64,000 bases of DNA, taken from the NCBI RefSeq assembly GCF_037042905.1, contig NC_087251.1, positions 43,650,001 to 43,714,000 on the forward strand. The letters are read 5' to 3'. Position 1 is the stretch's first letter, and every line of letters begins with the position of its first letter. The notes under the pieces were generated by a model. It was not told the DNA's origin, ran no database searches, and saw only the letters and a list, made by a program, of their open reading frames with translations. This DNA is from Lytechinus pictus (Eukaryota). The position numbers and the translations under genes are program-made. Shown in pieces: positions 52,201-61,235 of this stretch.

Positions 52201-53628
52201 CTGCAAAGAATTCAAAACTCTGCAGCCCGTCTAGTTTCCCTCACTAAAAAACATGACCATGTAACACCTACTCTTAAACAATTGCACTGGCTCCCCATTA
52301 AATTTTGTATACAATTCAAAATTCTACTCCTAACATTAAAATCTCTCCATGGACATGCTCCAAAATATCTCTCCGAAATTAATCCATGCATATACTCCCA
52401 GTAGGTCCCTTCGTTCTGCAAATCAAAATTTCTTAACAGTCAAAAAAGCAAAAACTAAACTTTTTGGTGATAGGTCCTTTTCAAGCTCTGCCCCACGTCT
52501 TTGGAACACTCTTCCAGCTTCCCTCCGTTGTATCCCAAATATCACTTCGTTTCAATCCAACTTAAAGACATACCTCATGAAGAAAGCATATTCAACATAG
52601 CCCCATTTACAGTGTCCTTTAGGTATATGAATTCTAATTTCACTTTTATTTGTATATTTCTTATGTTCTACATTGTAAAGCGCTTTGATATGATTTCATG
52701 AAAAGCGCTATATAAGACTAAGTTATTATTATTATTATATTAAAAATAAAATTCTTTGTATCTGGAATATAGGACAGGTTAATTTGAAGAGTGCCTACAT
52801 TATCATTATCTACTGAGCATGCCTGTATATACACAAACAAAAGATGGCTACAAAAAATGGCAATAACGGGACATAATTGCACTGTTCTTTTATCTATTTC
52901 TTTCTTTCTCTTCCTCTCTCTCATTCTCCGCCCAATTTTCTTTACTTTTCAATCTTTTCCCCTCTCTTATACTCTCTCTCTCTCTCTTACTCCATCATCA
53001 ACCAAAGCCAGGTTGGGTGTGCCCCATTATTCAACAGAGCATCTCCATTGCATACTTAATAATGCAATTACCATTTTAGCTCAACCACTCATTCTTCGTG
53101 GACACTTTAGAAAGGTTCATATATATGTAGCTGCATGGAGGTGCTCTGATTTTTTTTAACGTTAACTGCTTTTAAGACTTGACAAAGTAAGAATTCTCTA
53201 CATTCAATCATTTTATTTACCCAAGGACAGGGTAGTGTCTTCGGTATACAAGAGAGCTATACACAAATGTACGTAATATTGTAAAATACACTCTTCCTGT
53301 AATATATATCAATACAAACATCATAATACATTACTGTAAATGGATCCCAGAAAATGCATTTCTTTTATAGGGCATCACTGTGAATGAGCTTCATCAAATG
53401 CCAAGCGTTATCTTCCGACAGAAAATATTTGGAATATATAGATTACAAAAAATCCCCAAAGCAAAAAAAAAGAAGTTATGTCATGATAAAGGGATATATA
53501 TAATACAAAGAAATAGATGTATTAATTATTATATAGATAACACTTACTCTGCCTTCGCTCTTATAGTAGATGAAGAATCCATATTCATCAACTTTGAAGA
53601 GGCAACTCTGTTCTACTGACCCAGAATC
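9381..53628 (-). CDS. PLCB4: Phospholipase C beta-4 / norpA-like, partial; join of exons 53548-53628, 41950-42009, 18833-18982, 10151-10230, 9381-9516 (PH domain and start of EF-hand region)
   Basis: Five GT-AG exons (81+60+150+80+136=507 nt) splice in frame to [54 protein letters not shown]...[96 protein letters not shown]. This is colinear with the PLCB4 N-terminus as I recall it ([52 protein letters not shown]). No start exon or catalytic exons found in the window. Confidence 0.95.
10151..10230 (-). CDS. PLCB4: PLCB4 coding exon (80 nt, phase 0/2): [26 protein letters not shown](H)
   Basis: Acceptor tttctttcag|GTG, donor ACA|gtaagt; split His codon (CA+C) completed by the next exon. Confidence 0.95.
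10988..11441. mobile_element. MITE with terminal inverted repeats
   Basis: GGTGGTTTCAGACCGCCTCGA / TCGAGGCGGTTTGAAACCGCC, flanked by TA on both sides; degenerate inverted relative at ~16700-16935. Confidence 0.8.
11537..11748. mobile_element. Short MITE with internal telomere-like GGGTTA(G) degenerate repeats
   Basis: TIRs GACATTTGCTCC(T/G)GCGAC(G/A)ATTGCTCC / GGAGCAATTGTCGCCGGAGCAAATGTC. Confidence 0.75.
12606..13196. mobile_element. Kolobok-like MITE
   Basis: TTAA|AGGGGAATCCA...TGGATTCCCCT|TTAA. Confidence 0.85.
13703..14082. mobile_element. Harbinger-like MITE inserted in an older hairpin repeat
   Basis: TIRs TACCCCTTTCATAAACCCA / TGGGTTTATGAAAGGGGTA, 3-bp TSD TTT; removing it restores the CTTTG seen in the uninterrupted host copy at ~42225. 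Confidence 0.8.
16299..16660 (+). mobile_element. Left part of a piggyBac-like non-autonomous element
   Basis: Begins TTAA|CCCTAAAAGGCC; no matching right end found. Confidence 0.4.
16940..17551. mobile_element. Family-B palindromic MITE interrupted by an AcademH-like insertion
   Basis: Ends CCATTTCATAAAGCTGTT / AACGGCTTTATGAAACACCCAC match family B at 5805 and 62416. Confidence 0.7.
17012..17441. mobile_element. Non-autonomous AcademH-like DNA transposon (short family)
   Basis: TIRs TAGCCTTTTGACAAGGC / GCCTTGTATAAAGGCTA, perfect 9-bp TSD CCTTAGTAT (17003-17011, 17442-17450); body shared with 42317-42575 and 43420-43592. Confidence 0.8.
18046..18180 (+). mobile_element. 5'-truncated copy of the tRNA-Glu-like SINE (3' half)
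   Basis: Reverse complement of 43860-43985 (GCAGGAAGTAATTCCTCAAAAAGC...GGAGCGCCTTGAGCAC...GGTGGATAC). Confidence 0.75.
18408..18821 (+). repeat. (TAAA)n microsatellite abutting the PLCB4 exon donor
   Basis: Directly visible; ends about 11 nt from the exon boundary at 18833. Confidence 0.98.
18833..18982 (-). CDS. PLCB4: PLCB4 coding exon (150 nt, phase 0/0): [50 protein letters not shown]
   Basis: Acceptor ctttgtctcttaacag|GAT, donor CAG|gtatta; motif CSGxDxVNI..x.MVA. Confidence 0.93.
20350..20870. mobile_element. Non-autonomous element ending in a long palindrome
   Basis: 20714-20869 is an imperfect ~155-bp inverted repeat centred on CTATTCAAC-TC-GTTGAATAG; TTGT(A/G)CAAC motif at both 20353 and 20708; family not assigned. 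Confidence 0.55.
20888..21022. mobile_element. Family-A palindromic MITE, degraded
   Basis: CAG|GGGAGCAGCTCATGAA...TTCATGAAATGCTCC with central TGATTGGCT; similar to 44924-45062. Confidence 0.6.
24420..24484 (+). repeat. (TGA)n microsatellite
   Basis: Directly visible. Confidence 0.95.
26510..26907 (+). repeat. (GTA/GCA)n trinucleotide microsatellite
   Basis: Directly visible; source of the poly-Thr and poly-Val ORFs. Confidence 0.97.
27949..28605. mobile_element. Harbinger-like MITE
   Basis: TIR TTGGGTGATTTCAAGTACGGTGTT / AACACCGTACTTGAAATCACCCAA, 3-bp TSD TCA; an internal copy of the TIR forms a hairpin at 27953-28033. Confidence 0.85.
29645..30125 (+). mobile_element. 3' fragment of a Penelope-like retroelement (GIY-YIG endonuclease C-terminus plus 3' region/pLTR)
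   Basis: Translates to [62 protein letters not shown], matching the PLE GIY-YIG tail pattern SAI..HL...F.IL......L..LEA.YI....P.L..QKE; one in-frame stop; followed by a hammerhead-like motif. Confidence 0.8.
30052..30085 (+). ncRNA. Degenerate minimal type-I hammerhead ribozyme motif in the Penelope-like element
   Basis: TACT-CCGATGA-gtgcatgtc-GAAA-AGCT-TC-AGTA: stem I TACT/AGTA, core with a U4C change, palindromic stem III AAGCTT, UUC cleavage triplet; stem II partly deleted. Confidence 0.55.
30667..31130. mobile_element. PIF/Harbinger MITE
   Basis: TAA|GAGGCCGTTCTCATTACG...CGTAGTGAGAACAGCCTC|TAA. Confidence 0.85.
32188..32460. mobile_element. Palindromic MITE (second copy 62666-62943)
   Basis: TIR TCTTACAAAGAGTTA(T/C)GATTGATCC / GGATCAATCGTAACTCTTTGTAAGA; internal sequence shared with the 62.7-kb copy. 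Confidence 0.8.
32560..33493. mobile_element. TTAA-flanked (Kolobok-like) non-autonomous element
   Basis: TTAA|GGACGTTCCACAGTTA...TAACTGTGGAACGTCC|TTAA, perfect 16-bp TIR. Confidence 0.85.
33733..35478 (-). mobile_element. 5'-truncated L2/CR1-group LINE, frameshifted reverse transcriptase pseudogene
   Basis: Overlapping ORFs with RT motifs [53 protein letters not shown] and C-terminal [39 protein letters not shown] stem and (TTA)n tail. Confidence 0.95.
35607..35745. mobile_element. Terminal fragment of Helentron/HINE-like repeat
   Basis: Near-identical to the end of 40680-41559, including terminal hairpin GTCTCGC-TCTGCTATGCAA-GCGAGAC followed by an A-rich end. Confidence 0.65.
36111..36500. 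mobile_element. Kolobok-like MITE, degraded
   Basis: (G)TAA|AGCTAAATGACAGT...ACTGGAATTTATCT|TTAA. Confidence 0.6.
37565..37780 (+). repeat. Tandem duplication, 2 x ~107 bp
   Basis: TTAAGTGGACTTGCGCC...GAAATAGCATAACATG occurs twice head to tail. Confidence 0.9.
38327..38911. mobile_element. Kolobok-like MITE with long imperfect inverted arms
   Basis: TTAA|AGGAGAATGAAAC...GTTTCATTCTCCT|TTAA; 38435-38510 is inverted at 38728-38803. Confidence 0.85.
40680..41559. mobile_element. Helentron/HINE-like element with internal ~150-190-bp tandem repeats
   Basis: Repeated TGACCTTTGACCTTGGTCATGTGACCTG...CCAAGTTTCATGAACTAG units; terminal hairpin GTCTCGC..GTGAGAC then AAAAA; no TSD seen. Confidence 0.7.
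41950..42009 (-). CDS. PLCB4: PLCB4 coding exon (60 nt, phase 0/0): [20 protein letters not shown]
   Basis: Acceptor tttttccttacag|GAG, donor AAG|gtatgt; matches PLCB4 EGQVLE...I..IR.G..PK. Confidence 0.93.
42317..43592. mobile_element. Composite AcademH-like element: short family (as 17012-17441) containing a RecQ-bearing element at ~42607-43417
   Basis: Flanks align with 17012-17441 and end GCCTTGTTTAAAGGCTA; middle aligns with 45642-46587; left TIR degraded or lost. Confidence 0.75.
42811..43090 (+). pseudogene. RecQ-type SF2 helicase N-terminal fragment (frameshifted), transposon-borne
   Basis: Encodes [28 protein letters not shown] (motifs 0 and I); a nearby frame gives VVQLVLPL (motif Ia-like). 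Confidence 0.75.
43847..44119 (-). mobile_element. tRNA-derived SINE (tRNA-Glu-like head, LINE-like tail)
   Basis: Minus strand: A box TGGTCTAGTGG, TTC anticodon-like loop, B box GGTTCGATTCC, body ACCCAGGTGAGGTAAATGGGTACC, tail GCGCTATATG..(TTA)n; degraded copies at 18046-18180, ~59170-59350 and ~55795-55825. Confidence 0.85.
44924..45062. mobile_element. Family-A palindromic MITE
   Basis: CTG|GGGAGCACTTCATGAAACAAA...TTTGTTTTCATGAAACACTCCC|CTG, 3-bp CTG TSD. Confidence 0.75.
45642..46587 (+). mobile_element. Non-autonomous AcademH-like DNA transposon carrying a RecQ helicase fragment
   Basis: About 41-bp TIR TAGCCTCTTGTCGAGGCCCTG(T/G)CGGCTGCTT(T/C)CCGAGCGAA, perfect 9-bp TSD CACCACGTC (45633-45641, 46588-46596), internal helicase fragment. 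Confidence 0.85.
45880..46128 (+). pseudogene. RecQ-type helicase N-terminal fragment (82 aa ORF) inside the AcademH-like element
   Basis: [41 protein letters not shown] corresponds to RecQ motif 0 plus Walker A; truncated before the DEAH box. Confidence 0.8.
47900..48475 (-). mobile_element. 3' fragment of a LINE (CR1/L2-group)
   Basis: VHNYNTR...[18 protein letters not shown]......FK..IKQHL end-of-ORF2 pattern, then AT-rich UTR ending AAATAAATGAAATTGAACTGAACTGAA. Confidence 0.65.
48483..49078. mobile_element. Degraded TIR element containing a second Penelope-derived hammerhead fragment (48915-49005)
   Basis: TACGAACCTGCATAAACC / GGTTTCTGCCGGTTCGTA inverted ends; 48915-49005 aligns with 30020-30100. 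Confidence 0.5.
49758..51509. mobile_element. Internally deleted Harbinger-type transposon retaining the 5' ends of both genes
   Basis: Perfect 17-bp TIR TACCCCCATCTCACTAG, TAA TSD; + strand 50158-50295 [13 protein letters not shown]...[15 protein letters not shown] (transposase N-terminus-like); - strand 50890-50687 basic then acidic N-terminus of a second ORF. Confidence 0.8.
51850..52740 (+). mobile_element. 5'-truncated L2/CR1-group LINE relic
   Basis: [84 protein letters not shown] stem and (TTA)n tail. Confidence 0.9.
53548..53628 (-). CDS. PLCB4: PLCB4 coding exon (81 nt, phase 0/0): [27 protein letters not shown]
   Basis: Acceptor ctttttatatag|GAT, donor AGA|gtaagt; PH-domain motif FKVDEYGFF. 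Confidence 0.93.
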
Positions 53629-53803
53629 CTATATAAAAAGAAAAAAAGAAAAGACGTTAATTTGCATTTATTGTTGAGAAGTGAAATAAAAAATATGATT
53701 ATCCATATTCTAAAACTTGTTCTATAAACTTATTCATACAGTTTACTGGAACTACAGATGTATAATTTTGCAGTATAGACTGCTTCATGCTCCATATAGA
53801 TAA

Positions 53804-54637
53804 GACCCCTTCTCACCTACATACTTTCTTGAACTTGTTTCCCTTAAACCAGTTTGAGAAAAGAGTTTTAGAAGATCACTACAACATTCTAATCCTCATC
53901 TCCTGAGCTGGTTTCCAGAACCACTTCATCTAAGGGTTCGTTTATGCGCCACTTTTTTACCCTAGAATCATGATCTGAATCACGATTCAAATCATGATTC
54001 TTCAGAATCACGATTGCGTATCTAGACAAAATTGAAAATAAATATCTTTCGAATCACAAGCGTGAAACACGGAAAAAGGGCATTTGGAAAGACGTTTCTA
54101 TAGAATCAGGAACGAAAAAGTTTGTATAAACGCAGTCATGATTTGAAACATGATTCTATGACGTCACTGTGTCGGGCTACTTTCCGTTTGACTCTTGCCA
54201 AGCTCAAGGCGCGTGCTATAAAAGTTAACCTATACTTCCGCTGTCAAACTGCGCACTGTGATGCGCACTGGATCGGCCCGAATCCGAGGAGAAACAGCAT
54301 TGGAATGAAGGTCGTCTAAACGCTGATTCTGTGGTATTGTGATTCATGTTTGTGATTTGAATCATGATTCTGGCTTGAGGTTGCATAAACGCAGCCTAAA
54401 GGTCTTGATTCTATGAGAACACTCAGTTACAAGTCACTTTTTCACACAAGAATTGAAACCGCAGTGTACAGTAGGCATTCTACACACTGTGTATACTGGG
54501 TAGCGCAACCAACTGCACAAGCTCTCGTACTGCCGGGCAAAGATCGCTTCCCAGAGAACAGTTGTGTCCTCACCCATGCTTAAACCAGTGTAACATGGCA
54601 AAGCAGTCTTGAAAACCACGTCACAAGGTGGTTTTCT
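53804..54637. mobile_element. Degraded copy of the 30667-31130 Harbinger MITE, interrupted by another MITE
   Basis: Shared blocks GAAACCGCAG..TAGGCATTCTACAC, GATCGCTTCCC, TCTTGAAAAC..GGTGGTTTTCTA. Confidence 0.65.
53934..54396. mobile_element. PIF/Harbinger MITE nested in an older Harbinger MITE
   Basis: TAA|GGGTTCGTTTATGC...GCATAAACGCAGCC|TAA; subterminal GAATCA(T/C)GA repeats. Confidence 0.75.
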
Positions 54638-55226
54638 ATCTATATCTATAAAAATTGGCACAAAAGAAGATATCTGTAAAATGTGACACATCAAATACTC
54701 AATTTCAATCAAATTGTCACTAGCTTGCTTTTGTCATAGTAGGGTAATTAAAGAAATTTAAAAAAATAATCAAACACATACATGTATCACCAATTTTCTT
54801 TAAATTTATCTATATCATTTCAGCAGGCAAATTTTAAAAGGGTTTTTAAAATTGCTGTTAGCAATAGCATGTGTGCAATTTACTATACATCATAATGAAT
54901 ATACAGTATACCGGAAGGAATGTTGCTATCGGCTACACAGAAAATAACCCATGCAACTGAAGGTGTATTATCCCATCTACACGATGATTTAGATGCAAAT
55001 GAAAAGCCTACAATTTGAAGATACCATCTCTCCATGATCAGATCGGGACGAGATGTGGAATGATAAATGAATAATCAAAGAATATTTAGGACACGCATAT
55101 TGCATAATGATATGGGAGGAGGAGGAACTGGAACAGATACATTGAAAAGTAATCATAATTATGGAGTGCAGTTCTCTGGGTGGGTCAATCAGGGACAGCA
55201 TACTTCAAAAGTTGGATGATATAGTA

Positions 55227-55625
55227 GGGCCGTCTGCACCATCCCGAGTTTTCAAATTAGCGCGCTATTTCTGATCCGACAAATTATCCCGATCTGAACA
55301 ATCTTGAGATTATTTGCAATGGAGACGCAATTATCGCGCTAGTTCGTAGGATTAATCTCGAGATTGCAATCCCAAGTCAACTTGGGATTATTTGCAAAAT
55401 AGCGTGCTATTTTACGAATTATCGCGCTAATTCGTAGGTGCAGACGCACTCGGGATTATTTATTCACGGCGTCAGACCATAATGCATCGATGCCTCGCTC
55501 GAGCAAGAATCGCTCTTCTTGCGATGGTGGAGACGGGGTTTCTTGAATCTCGAGATTAATCGCAAAGAGGGCCGATCGGGCTAAAATCTTGAGATTGAGC
55601 AATCTCGGGATGGTGCCGCACCGCC
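55227..55625. mobile_element. MITE
   Basis: GCACCATCCCGAG / CTCGGGATGGTGC inverted ends, TA flanks. Confidence 0.7.
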
Positions 55626-56084
55626 TATAGAGGCTAAAGTTCTACAAATATGACTGCTGTAATAAAAAATTTGTGTAGAAATTCAGGTGGTCCATAATAT
55701 GTGTGAAAACCCTTGGGTAATCTTGGGATTGAAAATAAAATAATATATACTGTATAAAGCATTTATGGGGTACTGATTCTCTACTTTCCTATTCAATGGC
55801 GCACTATATATTACCCTGGCTTTAGCTCCTGCTGTCAAAGATAAAGATTATTTCATCCATCCTTCCTACAAAAAATATGTCTTTTTCAGCAAAGCCATTT
55901 GAATTTTAAACTAAAGGAGATGTCCATACAATGTTCACTAAAATGCTGAGGCAAATTAATATGTACATATACACAGGAATAGATTTTTTTTCAAAAATGA
56001 ACACACTGCAGTATACATGAGAGATTCTTTCATTATATATATTTCATAGATGAATTATACATGTTTGAAAAAAACATGATTTTG

Positions 56085-56355
56085 ATAATAATGATAATTA
56101 CTTCTTATTAAGTGCTTTTTCAAAAATTACAGAGCGCTATACAGATGACAAAACAAATACAATTGGTGAAAACTTAAAACAAAACTACACAAAATGAAAC
56201 ACTACTTGCAATATATTAAAACAAATGAGATTTAAGCATCTTCTTTAACACATCAATAGAAGGACATCGTCTAAGTTCATGGGGTAATCTATTCCAATAT
56301 TTTGGGGCAAACACAGAAAATGACCTATCACCTACTGATTTTACATGAGTTTTTG
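56085..56355 (-). mobile_element. 3' fragment of L2/CR1-type LINE
   Basis: Minus strand ..VKSVGDRSFSVFAPKYWNRLP..LR.......KK.LKSHL, followed by the AGCGCT stem and TTA tail. Confidence 0.7.
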
Positions 56356-56732
56356 GGCAAGTGTTTTGAGGCAAAGACCAAAACTACTTGCCCGAATTGG
56401 GCAAGCAAAATTCACACAATAGAAAGCAAAATTCTCACAGTAGAATAACCAAAATTAGGGTATATGATATTGACCCTAATTTTGGTCAAAGCAGGCAAGA
56501 TAAAATCACTTCGGAAAACGAAATGCAATAACAAGGTAGATCAGTTCATGTCAAAAGAGAGTAAAAGGTAAATAGTTTATAAATCCGCAAAACTTTCTTT
56601 TGAAGAGGTAAAACTTTTTTCAAAGAATTTTACGGGCAAGTGAAATAGATTTTTGGGCAAGTATATTCCAACTATTTAAAAATTTACTTGCCGGACCGGG
56701 CAAGCACTTCTAATAAGTTATGTAGCACCCTG
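56350..56732. mobile_element. One end of a hAT-like MITE
   Basis: Repeated GGGCAAGT/ACTTGCCC subterminal motifs, ending GCACCCTG; other end not found. Confidence 0.5.
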
Positions 56733-56976
56733 CACATGTCTTGTCACTTTCTCTGCAATCATTCATTGTAAATTTATGCTTTCCCCTATTGCAGTGGATA
56801 TTCTACTTTCCTGATACAAAAGCAAATCATAAAACTAAACATTTATCAGTTGGCATGAGGCACTAAAGTTGGTGATTTATGATCACATGAATTGCTTCAT
56901 TTCCTTGTAAAGGTTCCCATCTCAATTGAGTACAAATGCTTTATCTCATCTTAGTATTATTGCATTGAGCACTTAA

Positions 56977-57455
56977 AGGGGGTGTTCACTCTGCTCATAA
57001 GTTAATTTTTTTTAATTGAAAACATGAGAAAAATATTGGTGGAATTTTGATGAAAATCCATCAACGAATAAAAGAGTTATGATTTTTGGAAGTTTTAGAT
57101 TTGTGACATCATAGGCGAGCAGCTTCCCCACATTCGTATAACATAGATTCAATTTTTTTAAAGCAATGTTTTCCCGGCTTTTAGCCAGGAGCCCCGCATT
57201 TAGATGAAAACTAATATTTTTATCATTAAAGCGGGTATGAAATGAGGTGTCTGATGATTAACACTTTCATTTTTTTTTAATTGGTATTTTGGGGAATTTA
57301 TATCCGCATGGCATATGGAGGAGCTGTGTCTACATTTATGATTCATAAACTCCGTCATTCTTTTTGACAGATTTTCATCAAACCTTCACCAATATACTTC
57401 TCTCATTTTTCTGGTTTTGTGAAAACCAACTTATCACCAAGGGTGAGCTTCCCCT
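56977..57455. mobile_element. Kolobok-like MITE, degraded
   Basis: TTAA|AGGGGGTGTTCACTCT...AGGGTGAGCTTCCCCT|TTAA. Confidence 0.7.
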
Positions 57456-57857
57456 TTAACATGTTGGGTTCATCCCAACCTATATCACTGTCAAGACAAA
57501 GGGGGGGGGGGGCAATGAACCTGTTTAATCAATCATGGCTTTCAAGTAGTCTGTCAACATTTCATATCCAATACCTCTCATAATCATCAATGTAGACACA
57601 ATGATTATTGTCAAGAGGACAGTCGTTGTGATTGATCATTATTGCTATTTGTTCGACTCTCTTTATCTGCCCAATAAAGATGGGTAAATAAATAGGAAAG
57701 ATTCAGCAAACAGTAAACCGCATGCCATAATTCGAAAAAATGTGAAGTTGGGCAAAATTTCAGTAACCATCACTCCCCCCTCCCCCTATAAAAATTGTTT
57801 TTAAAAAAATGCAGTTATTTTTGCATTGAAGACCTATAACTTTGAAGTGAATGCAGA

Positions 57858-57993
57858 CCGGGGTACCGTAACACAAAGGTTAGCGATTAATTGTACGCTT
57901 GATTTTTACGATGGATTGTACATTGTAGTCAATGGAATCAATCGTAGAAAAATGTTCTACGATCATTGCTAAGCTTTGTGTTACGAGCCCCAG
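57858..57993. mobile_element. Short palindromic MITE
   Basis: CGTAACACAAAG(G/C)TTAGC / GCTAAGCTTTGTGTTACG inverted ends. Confidence 0.75.
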
Positions 57994-59409
57994 AGCATGC
58001 ATGAATGGCATCAAAATATTTGAATCAGGGGGGGGGGGGGGGCAAGACAACGCATCATGCTATGAAAATCTTCTCCCCTCCCCCTATCCCCGTTTGAAAA
58101 ATCTTAAGCTGGCAGTCTCCCCCTGCCCCCCCCCCCCCTTCCACCTGTGATACAGCCCCTGATGTATTATAAACTGCATGTGGTGAACCTGCATTTATTG
58201 AAACATCAAGTTTTGACACATGAATGTAGAACATAAGAGACCATATTGTGCCTACCAACATGAATGTGTCATATTATTACACAAACCTTCCTTAAAATCT
58301 ACATGTACCAAGCCTGAAATCTACACTCACAATCAATTTTTTTGTCAGCATTCATATTACTAAGTAAGTCTGGCATAACCATTCTTCCAATATTACACGT
58401 CGACTGAAAAGCTGGGTCAAGTGTTCTTTGGAGGAATTTGTGTTTGCAGTAAATACATTATGATATGAACTTGGAGGTCAGAGTCAGACCCCATATGGCA
58501 TGGATCCCTGATTAGCATCTTGGTGGGGGCCCCGCCTTTACAGGGGGCCATCATCAGGAGTGAACATCGATAGACATGACCTATAACATGATAAAGGTTG
58601 CCATGGATACGAGATGCTGCAAAAGGTACCATCTCCAGTTTCATCTTGGTGTACATGGTTATAATAGCTCCATGGTTATAGCAATACAATCAATTGCTGC
58701 ACAAGCATTGGAATTACTACTCCGGGGGGGGGGGTGTTTTACAAGGAATTAAGTGTGATTTAGAGTCATGCAGAAATGCTGATACGCACAAGATTCGTAA
58801 CATTCATTAATACGTAATGAGCAATATGGTGTATAGAGCAAAATTACTTTTAAAAAATGATAATGAACAAAAACTTACCTCACTCTCTTTCTTTTCTTAT
58901 TCTTTTTCTTCCATTTTATGTTCTTGGTCATGAAATTTATACATGTACCTTCATATTTACAAAGCTCTTTGATTATTGAAAGAAATTACTGGAAATACAG
59001 ATGTTATATAAAATATAATTGAGATTTCATATTAAAGAATAAGCACATTAATTTCATTCCATTTGTTACTTAATAATAAAGCCCACATAAATTTTGGTGT
59101 AAGGGTCAATGATTTGTTATGATTAATAACCCCCAGAAAATTAAATCAAAAAGCACTTTTTCCCCCGAGGATAGAAAGTGTTTATTATCCTGGTTTTAAC
59201 TTGAGCTGTCACTACCTCAGCAACATTTTCTGTGCATTCAGGAAATTAATCCTACCGGGTCATGTCACCTGGGTTAAGTGCAGCACAATGCGGATAAATT
59301 TCTTGCTGAAGAAAAACCGTCCATAATCTAGAATTCAACCCCTTGACCCTCTGTTAAGTCTGTAGCCTATCATAGCTAGCATTACAATCTTTATAAAGTA
59401 CATGTACAT

Positions 59410-59610
59410 GGAGGCGCGATAGCTCAGTCGGTAGAGCGGGGGTTTCGTATTCCGGTGACCCGGGTTCGATTCCCAAGTGGTGCGCTAGTGCCCTTTGGTA
59501 AGGCATTTATCCTCATTACCAGGTCCCTCGGAGAGGACTTTAAGCCGTCGGTCCCCTGGTTGCTTGCTCACAGGCATTCGTGCTTTCTTAGCAGTCAGGT
59601 AAAAACCTCG
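59410..59610 (+). mobile_element. tRNA-derived SINE (second family)
   Basis: A box TAGCTCAGTCGG, B box GGTTCGATTCC, imperfect acceptor and T stems, continuing into a SINE-like body GTGCCCTTTGGTAAGGCATTTATCCTCATT. Confidence 0.8.
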
Positions 59611-59829
59611 GTATAACATAACATGTATAATGGCCGTTGAATTTTTTCAGCCTCTCTCATTCAAGTTTTTATTTTGTATCACCCACACCATTATGCTTGC
59701 ATGTATGTACATGTAGGACATTCACATTCAAAATGTACATACTACACATACCGATGAATTTGAACAGTAACATATACAAAGTAATAGCAAAATTTGAAGA
59801 TTGAAAGCGGCTTTTTTGTAATGTGCAAT

Positions 59830-59988
59830 CAAACACCTCAGTCTCATTTGCTCTACAGTGGCGGTACAGCAAGTCGAAAACAGCCGTTTTAACAAATAGC
59901 AACATATAGACGGTTTGAATAAAAATGAATAAAACTGCTGTTTTCGACTCGCTGTACGGCCGCCCTAGAGCAAGTGTGACCGGTGTAT
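59830..59988. mobile_element. Short palindromic MITE
   Basis: TTGCTCTACAGTGGCGGTACAGCAAGTCGAAAACAGC is inverted as GCTGTTTTCGACTCGCTGTACGGCCGCCCTAGAGCAA. Confidence 0.75.
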
Positions 59989-60313
59989 TAGTCAAAGTCG
60001 TAAACTCACAGGCAAGCAATGACTACACCATGTGGAGAAAAACAAACAGACTTAATTAGCAATTAAGAAAGAGCTCTGTGTTGACTCATCCATTCAAATT
60101 GGATGTGGCAACGTCCATTAGAGTTTCACTATGGATCAATGCTGCCACATCATAATTTCATTCATTCTGCTACATTTGCATATTTGCCAGTTGACCTGAT
60201 TCGTGTTATCATTGGCATTAATTTCTGTCATTGAATCGGCAATAATATGTCATCAGTCTCGCTTTAGGAATAAAGGCCATAACCTATAAACAATATACGT
60301 TGCTATCAAGGAA

Positions 60314-61235
60314 TCGACAAAATTAGTGGAATGCCTCTGGCAGTCTCGCCTGCATTACGCATTTCAATATAGCAGCAGTCCCGACTTTGAAAACAACAAA
60401 AATGAATAATTATTCACAAAAAACACCATTCATATGATAATAAATTACTAGGATCATTGACCCTTAATAACCTTTAACCTTGATCATGTGACTTGACACA
60501 CTTGCAAAATGATCACTGCTACTTGATTACCCTTAGGATCCAAGTTTTATGCAATAGATCAGTTATGATAAATTCAAAAACCTTAACTTTAGTTAAGATT
60601 TCCATGTTGATACCATGACAATGTCAAACTTCAATGATACTTCATGACCTTTGACCTTCATTGTATGACATGAAATTTGCGCAAAATGATCATTGATACT
60701 TGATTACTTTTATGCCCAAGTTTCATGAATGAGATCCATAGATTTTCAAAGTAAGATATTTCAAAACATACCAACATGGTCAAAGGTCATTGACCCTAAA
60801 TGACCTTCGACCTTAAATCATGTGACCTAAAACTCATGAAGGACAATCTGTGATACTTGAATACCAGTACTCTTATTTCCAAGTTTCATGAACTAGAACT
60901 ACTGTGTATATTTTAAAAGTTATGACATTCCAAAAGCTTTACCTTGGTTAAGATTCCAATGTCAATACCAAAAACATGGTCAAAGTTTGGCACAAAATTA
61001 CCTCAAATTACCTTGGTCATGTGACCTAAAACTCATGCAAGATGATCAGTGATACTTGATTACCCTTAATATTTCCGAGTTTCACGAACTTGGTCCACAC
61101 ATTTTCTATTAAAGTAATGATGATAACTACACCTTGTTTAAGAATTCTATGTTGACAACACAGCCTTCGCCACTTCCGTTGGAAAAGTGGTGCTTTTACA
61201 ATGTATAATCTCCCTATCTAGACATGACAATGAAA
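60314..61235. mobile_element. Helentron/HINE-like element, more diverged but apparently including the other end
   Basis: Same tandem units as 40680-41559; GTCTCGCCTGCAT near 60343 is the inverted partner of the ATGCAGGTGAGAC end seen at 41542-41554. Confidence 0.65.

Noticed and set aside
59410..59487. Possible tRNA gene
   Set aside because: A and B boxes are present, but the acceptor and T stems do not pair properly, no poly-T terminator follows, and it runs into a SINE body.
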